A DNA stretch of 50,456 bases, from positions 1 through 50,456 of IMG/VR virus record IMGVR_UViG_3300044800_000405, one strand, 5' to 3'. The translations under genes and the position numbers were made by a program. The notes under the pieces were generated by a model. It was not told the origin of the DNA. It did no database searches and saw only the letters and a program-made list of their open reading frames with translations. This document shows positions 8,955 to 18,481 of this stretch, one piece after another. Each line of letters opens with the position of its first letter. Positions within the stretch are counted from its first letter, which is position 1. Source of the DNA: a virus (lineage: Duplodnaviria; Caudoviricetes).

Positions 8955-9329
8955 ATGCGAGTCACCAACGCCGCCGCCTCCCGCAAACGCCGCAAACGCA
9001 TGGTCCGCTCCGCCCTCGGCTTTCGTGCGCGCCGTTCCAAGCTTTACCGCTACGCCTCTGACGCCCTGGATCATGCCCGCCAGTACGCCTACCGCGACCG
9101 CCGCGTAAAAAAACGCGTCTTCCGTTATCTCTGGCAGGTGCGCATCAATGCTGCCGCTCGTGCCGCCGGCCTCACTTACAGCCGGTTTATTGCGGGCCTC
9201 AAGGCCGCCCGGTGCGCGCTCAACCGCAAAATACTTGCTGACCTTGCCGCCACCGACTCCCCCGCCTTTGGTGAACTCGTGAACATCGCCCGAAACGCTG
9301 GGACAAACCCCAATAAACCCCCGGTATGA
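8955..9329 (+). CDS. rplT: 50S ribosomal protein bL20
   Basis: MRV...RKRRKR...GF...RSKLYR...YAYRDRRVKKRVFR.LW..RINAAAR..GLTYSRFI.GLK....LNRKILADLA; ATG at 8955. Confidence 0.96.
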   Translation: MRVTNAAASRKRRKRMVRSALGFRARRSKLYRYASDALDHARQYAYRDRRVKKRVFRYLWQVRINAAARAAGLTYSRFIAGLKAARCALNRKILADLAATDSPAFGELVNIARNAGTNPNKPPV

Positions 9330-9389
9330 TTACTCGTGTTTGACTTTAGCCTTCAGCCTTCAGCCTTCAGCCTTCGTTTTCCCGTCCCA

Positions 9390-9418
9390 TTGACAGACCG
9401 CCATTCCACCTTTAACGG
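9390..9418 (+). promoter_or_regulatory. Putative promoter of portal operon
   Basis: TTGACA 9390-9395, 17 nt, TAACGG; GTG start 6 nt later. Confidence 0.5.
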
Positions 9419-9424
9419 TAAAGT

Positions 9425-11809
9425 GTGGAATTTACCCATGCTCAATCCGTCGAGCAAGTTGTCTGGCAAATGCGTTTAGCCGACTGGCCCCGTGCTCAAA
9501 ACCGTGCTCGCATCAACAATCTGGCCAACGGCTGGCCGCCCTATTCAGATACCGAGGCTGCCGCCAACCAGATCGCCGTCAACTACAACGACCTTTCCCT
9601 CTCCAACATCGCCCACAACGCCCGCCGCCAGTTGTCCAACGCCCTTATCACGCCAGACCCGCTTTTTTCCGTAGAGCTGGACCACGGCCCCGTCTGGCGC
9701 CGGCAAGAATGGGCCGGCATCATTCAAAAGCATCTGAACCAAATCATCCGGGGTTCGCTGCCCTACCTGGAAACCCGGCGCAGCGTCTTCGCCCTTTTAT
9801 CCCTGCAAGGCATCGCCCCCTCGTCCTGGCCAGACGCCTGCTCGTGGTGCCCGGAGGCAGACGGCGTCGAAGATATTCTCGTCCCCTCCAACATGCTCCT
9901 GTCCCTCAAAAATCTTCCCTTTATCGCCCGCTACCGTCAGTACACCGGGCGCGAATTGTGGGAAATGACCCATCGGCCCCAGGTTGACCCCGGCTGGAAC
10001 GTGCCCGTGGCGGAAAAAGCTGTTCGGTGGGTGGACCAGCAGGCCAAGCAACTCATGTCCGCCTCCTGGCCGGAAGTCTGGTCCCCGGAAAAAATGGAGG
10101 AACGCCTCAAGCAGGATGGCGGCCTCTATTCGTCCGATGCCATCCCCACCGTGGACTGTTTTGAATTCCTGTACTGGAATGACGAAGGCAAGCAATCCGG
10201 CTGGCGCAAAAAAATCATTCTCGATGCCTGGGGCGAACCCGGCGTGGGCGGCGCCGGCGGCATGCTTATAGACTCGCGCCCCAGCAAGCAGCAAGGCAAG
10301 CACGGCGTCTGGAACTTTGACAAGGCCGAGTTCCTTTACGATTCCGAGGCCCGCGCCAACCCCGTCTTTTGTTCCCGGCTGGACCAGGCCATACATTTTC
10401 AATTTGCGGATTGTTCCTGTGTCGCCCCCTTCCGTTATCACAGCGTCCGCTCCCTGGGCTTTTTGCTCTACTCCATCTGCCACCTGCAAAACCGCCTCAA
10501 CTGCAAGTTTGACGAGTCCACCTTCGAGCAACTCATGCAGTACTTCCGCGTCTCCAATCCCAGCGATGCCGAACGCGCCTGGAAAGTGGACCTTACAGAT
10601 AAAAAGGCGCTCCCCGATGGCCTCCAATTTGTCAAGCGCGATGAGCGGTGGGAGGTGGATCACCAGCTCATTCAAATGGCCCTCGCCAAAAACCGGCAAA
10701 TCATGGCCGATAATTCCGCCAGTTTCACCCAGGATTTTGATATGGAGTCGGGCGAGAACGAGACCGCCACCCGCACCATGGCCAAGGTCAACACCAGCGC
10801 CGCGCTAGTCAGCGGCATGCTCAACCAGGCGTACAACTACCAGAAGTTTCAGTACGATGAAATCTGCCGCCGCTTTTGCCTGGCCAACTCGCGGGACCCG
10901 GACGTGCGCAAATTCCGCCTGGCCGTCCTGCGCGCCGGCGTGCCGGAAGAAGCCCTGAACATCGAGCGTTGGAACATCCAGCCCGTCCGCGTCATGGGTG
11001 GCGGCAACAAAATGCTCCAGACCGCCATCTTTGATAAAATCATGGTCCTCTACTACAACAAGCTGGACCCCTCCGCCCAGCGCCACTTTCTCCGCGCCGG
11101 CATCGCCGCCCTCACTGATGATTACGAACTGGCCCGGCAATCCGTGCCCGAAGAACCCGTTATCAGCGATTCCATTCACGATGCCCAGTTGGCCGCCGGC
11201 GTCATGCTCCAGGGCCTGCCCGTGGCGCTCAAGGAAGGAGTAAACCATGGAGAGTATGTCGAGGCCCTCTTGCTGGCCATGGCCGTCAAGGTCCGCCAAA
11301 TCGGCGGCGCCCAACGGCCCATCACGCCCGATGAACTCACCGGCCTGCAAAACCTGGCGGGTGAGACCATCCAGGGCCAGCCCGTCCAAGGCAACGGCGT
11401 CCGCAATCACCTGGCATTGATGGCCGAGGATGAAAAACCGCTGCACGTCAAAGGCGTGCCCCCGGATCACATCGTCAAGCAAAAGGTCAAACAGTACGAG
11501 GACGCCCTGGCCAAGCTTATGAACCAGGTCAAGGCCCTGGCCCAGCGCGCCGCCCAGGCCGCGCAGAAACAAAAGGGCCAGAACGGCGGCGGACTCGATC
11601 CTGAAACCGCCACCAAGCTGCAAGGCCAGATGATCCTCGCCCAGGCCAAGGCCCAGAACACCCGCGAGTCCCACGCCCAGCGCACCGCCCAGCGCCAGAT
11701 ACAATTCGAGCAACAAATGCAGCAGGACGCCCAGAAACATTTGCAGGAACTCCAGCACGACCGCCTCAAACAAATGTTTGAATATGGAAATGACGCCGCA
11801 ACCAACTAG
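9425..11809 (+). CDS. Putative portal protein (podovirus/P22-like size, Gln-rich coiled-coil tail)
   Basis: 794 aa; ETATRT motif region; Q/A-rich helical C-terminus; phage structural context. Confidence 0.65.
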   Translation: MEFTHAQSVEQVVWQMRLADWPRAQNRARINNLANGWPPYSDTEAAANQIAVNYNDLSLSNIAHNARRQLSNALITPDPLFSVELDHGPVWRRQEWAGIIQKHLNQIIRGSLPYLETRRSVFALLSLQGIAPSSWPDACSWCPEADGVEDILVPSNMLLSLKNLPFIARYRQYTGRELWEMTHRPQVDPGWNVPVAEKAVRWVDQQAKQLMSASWPEVWSPEKMEERLKQDGGLYSSDAIPTVDCFEFLYWNDEGKQSGWRKKIILDAWGEPGVGGAGGMLIDSRPSKQQGKHGVWNFDKAEFLYDSEARANPVFCSRLDQAIHFQFADCSCVAPFRYHSVRSLGFLLYSICHLQNRLNCKFDESTFEQLMQYFRVSNPSDAERAWKVDLTDKKALPDGLQFVKRDERWEVDHQLIQMALAKNRQIMADNSASFTQDFDMESGENETATRTMAKVNTSAALVSGMLNQAYNYQKFQYDEICRRFCLANSRDPDVRKFRLAVLRAGVPEEALNIERWNIQPVRVMGGGNKMLQTAIFDKIMVLYYNKLDPSAQRHFLRAGIAALTDDYELARQSVPEEPVISDSIHDAQLAAGVMLQGLPVALKEGVNHGEYVEALLLAMAVKVRQIGGAQRPITPDELTGLQNLAGETIQGQPVQGNGVRNHLALMAEDEKPLHVKGVPPDHIVKQKVKQYEDALAKLMNQVKALAQRAAQAAQKQKGQNGGGLDPETATKLQGQMILAQAKAQNTRESHAQRTAQRQIQFEQQMQQDAQKHLQELQHDRLKQMFEYGNDAATN

Positions 11810-12161
11810 CTCCCCACTCCCTCTCCCCGCTGGGCGGGGAGAGGGCCGGGGGGAGGGGCCAGCTTTTATAGAACGAACCCCGCAACAAATTGACGAGGCC
11901 CGCACCCAGGCCGAGATCGCCCGGCAGGTCAAGCGCGCCGCGCCGCCCATGAATTTCGCGGCGGTGGAGAAACGCGCCCTGCGCCAGCATCCGCCCCTGT
12001 TCCGGTCCACCCAGCCCGTCCCCGCCTCAGTCCGTCAGGCCGAGGCCGCCATGGTAAACGCCGCCGCGAAACCTTCCCCTTCTCCTGGGGGAGAAGGCCG
12101 GGATGAGGGCGGTTGTAAATGTGCGCGCACACCCAAACGCAAGCGCCACGTCCTGCCATGA
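11784..12161 (+). CDS. Hypothetical protein containing two in-frame REP-like palindromes
   Basis: ORF overlaps both neighbours; GRGEGRGEG and PSPGGEGRDEGG peptides. Confidence 0.45.
   Translation: MEMTPQPTSSPLPLPAGRGEGRGEGPAFIERTPQQIDEARTQAEIARQVKRAAPPMNFAAVEKRALRQHPPLFRSTQPVPASVRQAEAAMVNAAAKPSPSPGGEGRDEGGCKCARTPKRKRHVLP
11819..11858 (+). repeat. REP-like palindrome CCCTCTCC-Nx-GGAGAGGGCCGGGGTGAGGG; copies near 12078, 13872, 15879, 17281, 22739, 32369, 38451, 38561, 49690
   Basis: 10 copies read directly, all in the same orientation. Confidence 0.9.
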
Positions 12162-12526
12162 ACATCACCATCCAAACCGTCCCGCATTCCCAGCAACGCT
12201 ACGACACCGCCGGCGACTGGTTTTATATTGGCGATGACCTCTGCATTCGCGTTTCCAAACTGTCCGACTGGCGGCATGAAATGCTCCTGGCCGTCCACGA
12301 ACTTTACGAGGCCATTTTGTGCGAGCAAGACGGCGTCACCCAAAAGGCTGTGGATGATTTCGATTCAGCCTTTAGCCTTCAGCCTTCAGCCTTGGGTGAG
12401 CCGGGGGATTCCCCCAATGCCCCCTATCGGGTGCAACACTTCCGCTCCACCAACATTGAGCGCCAGCTTGCCGATCACCTGGGCGTCAACTGGCCCGAAT
12501 ACGAGGCCGAGATTAACGCCCTATGA
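12158..12526 (+). CDS. Hypothetical protein, possible metalloprotein (HExxE)
   Basis: QRYDTAGDW...AVHELYEAILC...GEPGDSPNAPY..QH. Confidence 0.6.
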   Translation: MNITIQTVPHSQQRYDTAGDWFYIGDDLCIRVSKLSDWRHEMLLAVHELYEAILCEQDGVTQKAVDDFDSAFSLQPSALGEPGDSPNAPYRVQHFRSTNIERQLADHLGVNWPEYEAEINAL

Positions 12527-12564
12527 GCAGCACCAACCGGCCTTTTTCGACTCTGGACTGATTC

Positions 12565-13869
12565 ATGGACTTTTCCAATAAAACCTGCCTCGTCGTGGAC
12601 CACGGCTTTTTCCTGCCCGTGGCCCGCCGGCTCGCGCAAGATTTTGGCCGCGTCCTCTACTACACCCCCTGGGAGCGCGCCTATCCCATCCTCAACGAGG
12701 GCATCATCGGCGCCGGCTTCGCTGACATCATCCGCTGTAACGATTTCTGGCCCTTGCTTAAACAAATAGACCTCGTCGTATGCCCGGATATTTACCACGC
12801 CGGCCTGCAAGCCTACCTCCGGTCCCAAGGCATCCGCGTGTGGGGCGCCGGTCCCGGCATGAAGCTGGAAATTGACCGCGAATTCTTTCTTAAAAAACTG
12901 GCCGAGCTTGGCCTGGATGTCGCCCCGCACCACCGGGTTGTCGGCCTCTCCGCACTCGCCGATTTTCTCCGGGATAAAACCGACCAATACATCAAGGTCT
13001 CCCAATGGCGCGGTTCATGGGAAACCAGGCACTGGCGGTCCTGGGAACAAGATGCGAACAACTTGGATGTCTGGGCCGTCCGTCTGGGCGGCCTCAAAGA
13101 GCATGTCCCCTTCCTCGTGTTTGAAGAAATTGACACCCGGCTTGAAATTGGGGCCGATACTTATTGCGTGCATGGCGCCTGGCCGGACACTATGTTGCAC
13201 GGAATAGAAAAAAAAGATGAAGCGTACTTCGCCGCCGTCACGCCCTACCGCGAAATGCCGGATGAACTTACCCATATCATGGCCGCCTTCTCCCCCTTTC
13301 TCCGTGCCTGTGGTTATGCGTGCCCCTGGTCCATGGAAGTCCGCGTCACCAAAGACCAGGCTTATTTTATTGATGCCACCACGCGCGGCGGCCTCCCCTC
13401 CACCGCCTCCTTCCTAGCCGCCAAAAATGTTTCTGAGATTTTCTATCACGGCGCGGCGGGTGACTTGATCCAGCCGGATTACGGCTTCAAATTCTCCGCC
13501 GAGTGCATGGTCAAATTAAAGGGCGAGCCGGATGCCTGGGCCTCCCTCATCCTCCCCCCAGAACTTCAAGACGCTCTTTGTGTGTATGATTGCTGCCTGT
13601 TGGATGGCAAACTCTGGTGGCCGTCCGATGGTTCCAAGCCCATAGATGAAATCGGCTGGCTCCGCGCCACGGGCGATACGCCCCTTGAGGCTGCGCGCCG
13701 CATGAACGAACTGGCCGATCTCCTGCCCGAGGGTGCCGATGCCTGTGTTGAGAGCCTGGCCGACATCCTCCGTGAAATCCCCGCCGAGCAAGCCGCCGGC
13801 ATCAAGTTTAGCGACCAGGAAATCCCCCCGCCCGAAATCGTCCTCGAACCATCCGCCGCCGCCGATTAA
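12565..13869 (+). CDS. ATP-grasp enzyme, distantly PurD (GAR synthetase)-like
   Basis: VWGAG...LEIDREF..K, YIK, FEEID..LEIG.D, YFIDATTRGGLP: ATP-grasp motif order. Confidence 0.6.
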   Translation: MDFSNKTCLVVDHGFFLPVARRLAQDFGRVLYYTPWERAYPILNEGIIGAGFADIIRCNDFWPLLKQIDLVVCPDIYHAGLQAYLRSQGIRVWGAGPGMKLEIDREFFLKKLAELGLDVAPHHRVVGLSALADFLRDKTDQYIKVSQWRGSWETRHWRSWEQDANNLDVWAVRLGGLKEHVPFLVFEEIDTRLEIGADTYCVHGAWPDTMLHGIEKKDEAYFAAVTPYREMPDELTHIMAAFSPFLRACGYACPWSMEVRVTKDQAYFIDATTRGGLPSTASFLAAKNVSEIFYHGAAGDLIQPDYGFKFSAECMVKLKGEPDAWASLILPPELQDALCVYDCCLLDGKLWWPSDGSKPIDEIGWLRATGDTPLEAARRMNELADLLPEGADACVESLADILREIPAEQAAGIKFSDQEIPPPEIVLEPSAAAD

Positions 13870-13962
13870 CTCCCTCTCCCCGCCAAACGGGGAGAGGGCC
13901 GGGGTGAGGGGTTTAAGTTTTTCCCGCTTCGGGAACAGGTTGCCGGGCGGGAATTTCACTCA

Positions 13963-14361
13963 TTAGCTGTCCTTCAAATCCCGTATCGCGGCATCCCCTT
14001 GTTCCGCGTAGTGTTCCATTTGAGTGGGCGTTTTGGCGGCCAGCATGCCCGCCGTGCTGTCTTTGAGCGCGCGCAAAAAATGTGCCTGCCGCCGCATTTT
14101 TCGCGCGCCCAAAAAACTTAACCCGGCCACGGGCAACGAGCACCCCGCCAGTCCCGCCCGCCATGGGGTGTCGGTTGCCCAGGCCCAAACAAATCCCTGC
14201 ACCGCCAGTCCCGCGTTGCCCAAGCCCAGGCACCAATAAATAAAACCATATCGGTGCAATCGGCGAATATCATGGTCCAGCCGGGTAATAAACGTGTACG
14301 CCCGCCGTTTGTTTCGCCGGGCCTCCCGTTCCGTGCTGTCCTGCCATTCACTCATGCTCAT
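13963..14361 (-). CDS. Putative membrane protein
   Basis: MSMSEWQD... with two hydrophobic segments; overlaps upstream ORF stop. Confidence 0.55.
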   Translation of the reverse strand: MSMSEWQDSTEREARRNKRRAYTFITRLDHDIRRLHRYGFIYWCLGLGNAGLAVQGFVWAWATDTPWRAGLAGCSLPVAGLSFLGARKMRRQAHFLRALKDSTAGMLAAKTPTQMEHYAEQGDAAIRDLKDS

Positions 14362-14576
14362 TCCTGGGTTATCTCCACAAATCCCAGCCCGGCCAAATTC
14401 TGGCCCGTGATCCCGTGCAGGGCTATAAAATGGCGCGGCACCAGCCAGGTCCGCGTGTCCACCGTCACCGGCACGGTCGGCCCCAGTTCTTTTATCATGG
14501 TATGGATCAACCGCTCCACCATCGGGTCCGTGTAATGCAGCGGTCGCCCGCACGCGCATAGTTCAATGGCCGGCAT
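14358..14576 (-). CDS. Small hypothetical protein
   Basis: 72 aa, CACG; coupled to neighbours. Confidence 0.6.
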   Translation of the reverse strand: MPAIELCACGRPLHYTDPMVERLIHTMIKELGPTVPVTVDTRTWLVPRHFIALHGITGQNLAGLGFVEITQE

Positions 14577-14875
14577 TACTCGTTTTCTCCTAAATTTTCA
14601 ATAACCGTCTGCACCATCAACACGGTGGGTTCGCTCTTGTCTCCCCACAGCCACAGTGCCTTTATCAATTCCAACCCGTCAAAGTTGGCTGACACAAACC
14701 CCTTTTTTAACGCCTGGCTGATCGTTGCAATCACCTCCACCTTGGGCGGGTAATTATATTGAATCAAAACTTTTGCCTGGGGATGTTCCGCCCGCCACCG
14801 CCGGCCATGCTTGCACATGGTCGTGAGTTGCTCGCCATATTGTCGTGCCAAATTTTCAGGAATCGGCTTGCCCAT
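14576..14875 (-). CDS. Hypothetical protein
   Basis: MGKPIPENLARQ...; start follows a minus-strand promoter. Confidence 0.6.
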   Translation of the reverse strand: MGKPIPENLARQYGEQLTTMCKHGRRWRAEHPQAKVLIQYNYPPKVEVIATISQALKKGFVSANFDGLELIKALWLWGDKSEPTVLMVQTVIENLGENE

Positions 14876-14889
14876 AAAATCAGATGCAC

Positions 14890-14965
14890 CTTTTACCAGT
14901 CTCACCACCACCATGTCAATCTTGTTTGCGCGATTTGACAAACCCACCACCCAATGCTTGTGTAT
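14890..14965. promoter_or_regulatory. Back-to-back divergent promoters, each with CCACCACC next to the -35
   Basis: TGTCAA 14914-14919 (minus TTGACA, -10 TAAAAG 14895-14890) and TTGACA 14935-14940. Confidence 0.65.
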
Positions 14966-14977
14966 TAACGATAAAGT

Positions 14978-15217
14978 ATGAGCGAACCGTCCACCGCCAG
15001 CATACCGGCTTTGCCTGCATTTTTGCCCAATCCGCGCGGCATTCCCGTGGCGCCCTTTGCCATGCAAAAAATTCTCACCAAGGCCATTCGCAGTCACAGC
15101 GCCAATCAAAACCTGCGTTCCACCGCCGTCAAGGGGCCGGATAAAATGGGCGGCAAACGCGGCAGCGGCAAATCCAGCCGGGCAGGCGCCCGCGCCGCCG
15201 GCGCCGCCAAAAAATAA
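14978..15217 (+). CDS. Small basic hypothetical protein
   Basis: 79 aa, K/R/G/A-rich tail, downstream of divergent promoter. Confidence 0.5.
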   Translation: MSEPSTASIPALPAFLPNPRGIPVAPFAMQKILTKAIRSHSANQNLRSTAVKGPDKMGGKRGSGKSSRAGARAAGAAKK

Positions 15218-15269
15218 ATCCCACACCATCATGTTTCAGCCCTTAGCCTTTAGCCTTTAGCCTTTTTTT

Positions 15270-15410
15270 ATGCCTCCCCTGCCTTCACCTGCCGGCGCCT
15301 GTGGCACCCCGCAAAAAACGGTCAACCAGCAGCCCGTCTTCGACCGCCGCCTGCGCGTCCACCGCCCGCGCAAAAAGAAAGGCCGTGGCTCCCAGCCCAA
15401 GTTTGTATGA
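15270..15410 (+). CDS. Small basic hypothetical protein (46 aa)
   Basis: MPPLPSPAG...RRLRVHRPRKKKGRGSQPKFV*; T-rich leader as in neighbouring genes. Confidence 0.45.
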   Translation: MPPLPSPAGACGTPQKTVNQQPVFDRRLRVHRPRKKKGRGSQPKFV

Positions 15411-15449
15411 TCCATCTAACTTTAGCATTCAGCCTTTAGCCTTTTTCCC

Positions 15450-15719
15450 ATGACCCCCCGCGAAAAATTCCGCCAGGACCGTTCTCTCACGCGCGGTTAC
15501 AACGACCTCATTGGCGGCACTCAAATGCAGGCCGCCCTTGACGCTGCCGAGTTGGAGCTGGACCGCCTGGTTGTCACCACCGGAGACGTTTCTGCCGCCG
15601 CCGCGCACCGCTGGCGTCGTGAAGGCGCCAACTGGTTCCGCCAGATTTTGGAAAACCTGAACGCCTCCATCATTCCCCTCACCACCAAAAACACCGGCGC
15701 GCTTGACCACAAAGCATAA
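15450..15719 (+). CDS. Small helical phage protein upstream of scaffold
   Basis: 89 aa with RREGA motif; position typical of podovirus head modules. Confidence 0.6.
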   Translation: MTPREKFRQDRSLTRGYNDLIGGTQMQAALDAAELELDRLVVTTGDVSAAAAHRWRREGANWFRQILENLNASIIPLTTKNTGALDHKA

Positions 15720-15761
15720 CTAATATGTTTCAGCCTTTAGCCTTTAGCCTTTAGTTTTTTT

Positions 15762-17072
15762 ATGGACGCCCCTACCACCACCGCACCCGCACCCAGCACC
15801 CAGCCCAACCCGCCCGGCCCCAACATGGCCGAATCCTTTGCCGGCTTCGATGCCCTCGTGGCCGCCCCCGAATCTTCTCCCTCGCCCCCCGCAGGGGGAG
15901 AGGGCCGGGGTGAGGGGCAGGCATCCGACGCTCAACCCTCAACCACCAACCCGCAACCACCAACCAAGCCCGCCCCTGACACCAAACCGACAGACGAAGG
16001 GAAGCCCCCCTCAACCCTCAACCCTCAACCCTCAACCAAGCCCGCCAAAGCCGCCACCCTGCGCGAAGAACTCGACCGCACCCGCACCGAAGCCGCCGAC
16101 TGGCGCGGCAAGTACGAGAAATTGCAGGCCGACCTTTCCAAGCCCAAACCAGACCCGGAAAAGGATCAGCTCCTCAAAGACCGCGAGACCTGGAACAAAT
16201 CCCGCGCCGATCTTGAAAATGAACTCAAGTTCGCCAACTACGAGCGCAGCCAGGAATACAAAGACAAGTACCAGCAGCCATTTTTGAAAGCCTACGAGTC
16301 CGCCCAAAAACTCGTCAGCGCCCTTACCGTCAAGGAACCGGATCAGAAAGACCAGTACGGCGAAGTCACCGAGCCGGGCAAAACCCGCAAGGGCACGGAG
16401 GCAGATTGGGACGCCCTCATGGCCATCACCGACGAGAACGCCGCCAGCGAATTCATTGCCGAACATTTTGGCCACTCCGCCGCCCGCGTCACCGTCCTGC
16501 GCGACAAGGTCCTGGACCTTCACGGCCAGATGCGCGCCGCGGTCGAGGACTTCCGCAAGCAGGCCGGCGAGCGCGAGACTCAAATGCGGGGCACCCTGGA
16601 AAAACAGCAGAAAGAAATCAGCACCCGCTGGCACGCGGCCAACGCCCATGCCGCCCAAAAGTATCCGCAGTATTTCGCGCCCGACCCTGCCGACCCCAAG
16701 GCCACCGCCCTGTGGGAGGCCGGCACGCGCCTCACGGACCTCGCCTTTGGCGTGCTGGACCCTGCCGATGTTTCCAAGCTCCCGCCCGCCATCCAGTCCA
16801 AGTTTGTCAACGGCCAGTTGCCGCTCGCTGACCGCACCTTGTTGCACAGCGCCATCCGCAACCGCGCCGCCGCCTACGACCGCCTCGTTTACAAGCTCGC
16901 CATGAGCGAGGCCGCCAAAAAGGAACTGGCGGACAAACTGGCCGGCTTTGAAAAGTCCGAGCCGGGCCGGGGCCAGGCCCGCAAGGTCGAAACTTCCGGC
17001 AAGCCAGGCACGCCCTCCACCCTGGACGAGGTGGATTCCGCCTTCGACCAACTCGCCGCTGCCAACGGCTAA
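15762..17072 (+). CDS. Putative capsid scaffolding protein
   Basis: Pro-rich disordered N-terminus, long coiled coil, 436 aa. Confidence 0.5.
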   Translation: MDAPTTTAPAPSTQPNPPGPNMAESFAGFDALVAAPESSPSPPAGGEGRGEGQASDAQPSTTNPQPPTKPAPDTKPTDEGKPPSTLNPQPSTKPAKAATLREELDRTRTEAADWRGKYEKLQADLSKPKPDPEKDQLLKDRETWNKSRADLENELKFANYERSQEYKDKYQQPFLKAYESAQKLVSALTVKEPDQKDQYGEVTEPGKTRKGTEADWDALMAITDENAASEFIAEHFGHSAARVTVLRDKVLDLHGQMRAAVEDFRKQAGERETQMRGTLEKQQKEISTRWHAANAHAAQKYPQYFAPDPADPKATALWEAGTRLTDLAFGVLDPADVSKLPPAIQSKFVNGQLPLADRTLLHSAIRNRAAAYDRLVYKLAMSEAAKKELADKLAGFEKSEPGRGQARKVETSGKPGTPSTLDEVDSAFDQLAAANG

Positions 17073-17121
17073 AACCAACCATTATGTTTCAGCCTTTAGC
17101 CTTTAGCCTTTAGCCCTTTTT

Positions 17122-17370
17122 ATGAACCACCAGGAACAATTCCAAAATCGCATCACCGATGCCGTCAACAAAGCCGCTGCCAACGCGGTCCATCCCGCCA
17201 TCATTTACATGGTCCTGGGCGGCATTCAACAGGACGTGCTTAATTCCGTCCGCGCCGCCAACCGCGCCGCCGCCGCCCCTCCCTCGCCCCCCGCAGGGGA
17301 AGATGGCCGGGGTGAGGGGCGGGAAAATTCTCAACCCTCAACTCTCGACTCTCCACCCCCAGCCAATTAA
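17122..17370 (+). CDS. Hypothetical protein (C-terminus built from REP and heptamer repeats)
   Basis: 82-aa ORF after T-rich leader. Confidence 0.55.
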   Translation: MNHQEQFQNRITDAVNKAAANAVHPAIIYMVLGGIQQDVLNSVRAANRAAAAPPSPPAGEDGRGEGRENSQPSTLDSPPPAN

Positions 17371-17371
17371 A

Positions 17372-17854
17372 ATGCGCCCCGCCACCGGCAGTTTTTGGTA
17401 TCGCCTGTTGTTCCCCAAACGATCCCGAATCATTTCCGCCTACATTCACTCCATGAATGTTGCTTTGGCAGACACCTATGATTACGTTGTGGGAGATAAA
17501 CCTTGGCCGAATGGGTTGCAAACATTGTTGAATGTCGGTGCGGCGGACCTGTCCGCCAAAGCGTTCAACGATGTTTGCATCCGCTTGGTTGACTTTTTTA
17601 AGAATCCACACACCGACAATGGGTTGTCAGGTTCTTGGCAGGAAAACTCGCCCTATAAAAAATCCACGACCTCCTTTTTTATTCCCTGGGAAACCGACCC
17701 CAATCCTCTGTATCCCATGCTGCCAGACAAGCAGGTGCTGCCCTTTCTGCGCTACTGCAAGAAATACCAGTTGAGCATCACCCCTCTTTACAACGCAGCC
17801 TTTGAAGCCAGCCGCTTTCTCTCAAACTTGCCAACTGTTTGTTATGAACGATAA
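17372..17854 (+). CDS. Hypothetical protein, lower GC
   Basis: ATG at 17372 directly after upstream stop. Confidence 0.55.
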   Translation: MRPATGSFWYRLLFPKRSRIISAYIHSMNVALADTYDYVVGDKPWPNGLQTLLNVGAADLSAKAFNDVCIRLVDFFKNPHTDNGLSGSWQENSPYKKSTTSFFIPWETDPNPLYPMLPDKQVLPFLRYCKKYQLSITPLYNAAFEASRFLSNLPTVCYER

Positions 17855-18179
17855 ATGCCCCCACCTGATCCCCCTGCTTGACCGTGTCATCATCGAGCCG
17901 ATTGCCGGCCCGGAAAAAATCGGCGCCATCTTCGTGCCCGACCAGGCGCGGGAGAAGCCGGATACCGGGCGTGTGCTCGCGCGCGGCCCTGGCCGCGTGT
18001 CCGAGCACGGCACCCGCATTCCCATGTCCGTTGAGGTGGGCGACCAGGTGGTTTTCAACCGCTACTCCGCCAGTCAAATCCGGGTGGCTGGGCGCGACCT
18101 CTGCCTGGTCCACGAGTCCGATATTAACTGCATCGTAAAAACCCCCTCCACCCTCAACCCTCAACCCTCAACCAAATAA
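17844..18179 (+). CDS. groES: Co-chaperonin GroES (Cpn10)
   Basis: LIPLLDRVIIEP...GAIFVPDQAREKPDTGRVLARGPGR....G.RIPMSVEVGDQVVFNRYS...LVHESDI. Confidence 0.92.
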   Translation: MNDKCPHLIPLLDRVIIEPIAGPEKIGAIFVPDQAREKPDTGRVLARGPGRVSEHGTRIPMSVEVGDQVVFNRYSASQIRVAGRDLCLVHESDINCIVKTPSTLNPQPSTK

Positions 18180-18180
18180 C

Positions 18181-18471
18181 ATGCACTACCGAAACGGCAA
18201 AGAAGCGCACGATGGCGACCCCGTCATTGGCCAGACCTACAAAAACTCCGGCGTCGTCATTGCCGGCAAAATTCACAGCATCAATCCCGGTCAAAACACC
18301 TGCAACTGCACCGTGGCCGTTCCCGTCATGGGCGGTGTCGAGCACCTGTCCTGCCGCAACGTGGATGAATTCTACTCCGCTGCCGATGCCTTCGCCGCCA
18401 TGGAGCAGGCCCTGCGCTGCCCGGCGGTGGAAGTCCCGCCTCCGCCCGCGCCAACTCCCAAATTCTTGTAG
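18181..18471 (+). CDS. Hypothetical protein
   Basis: MHYRNGKEAHDGD.V...G.....PG..TCN. Confidence 0.65.
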   Translation: MHYRNGKEAHDGDPVIGQTYKNSGVVIAGKIHSINPGQNTCNCTVAVPVMGGVEHLSCRNVDEFYSAADAFAAMEQALRCPAVEVPPPPAPTPKFL

Positions 18472-18481
18472 CCGCATGTGG

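Noticed and set aside
8705-9329. Host chromosomal ribosomal operon marking a prophage boundary
   Set aside because: No infC/thrS/pheS; phage genes on both sides; phage-type promoter motif
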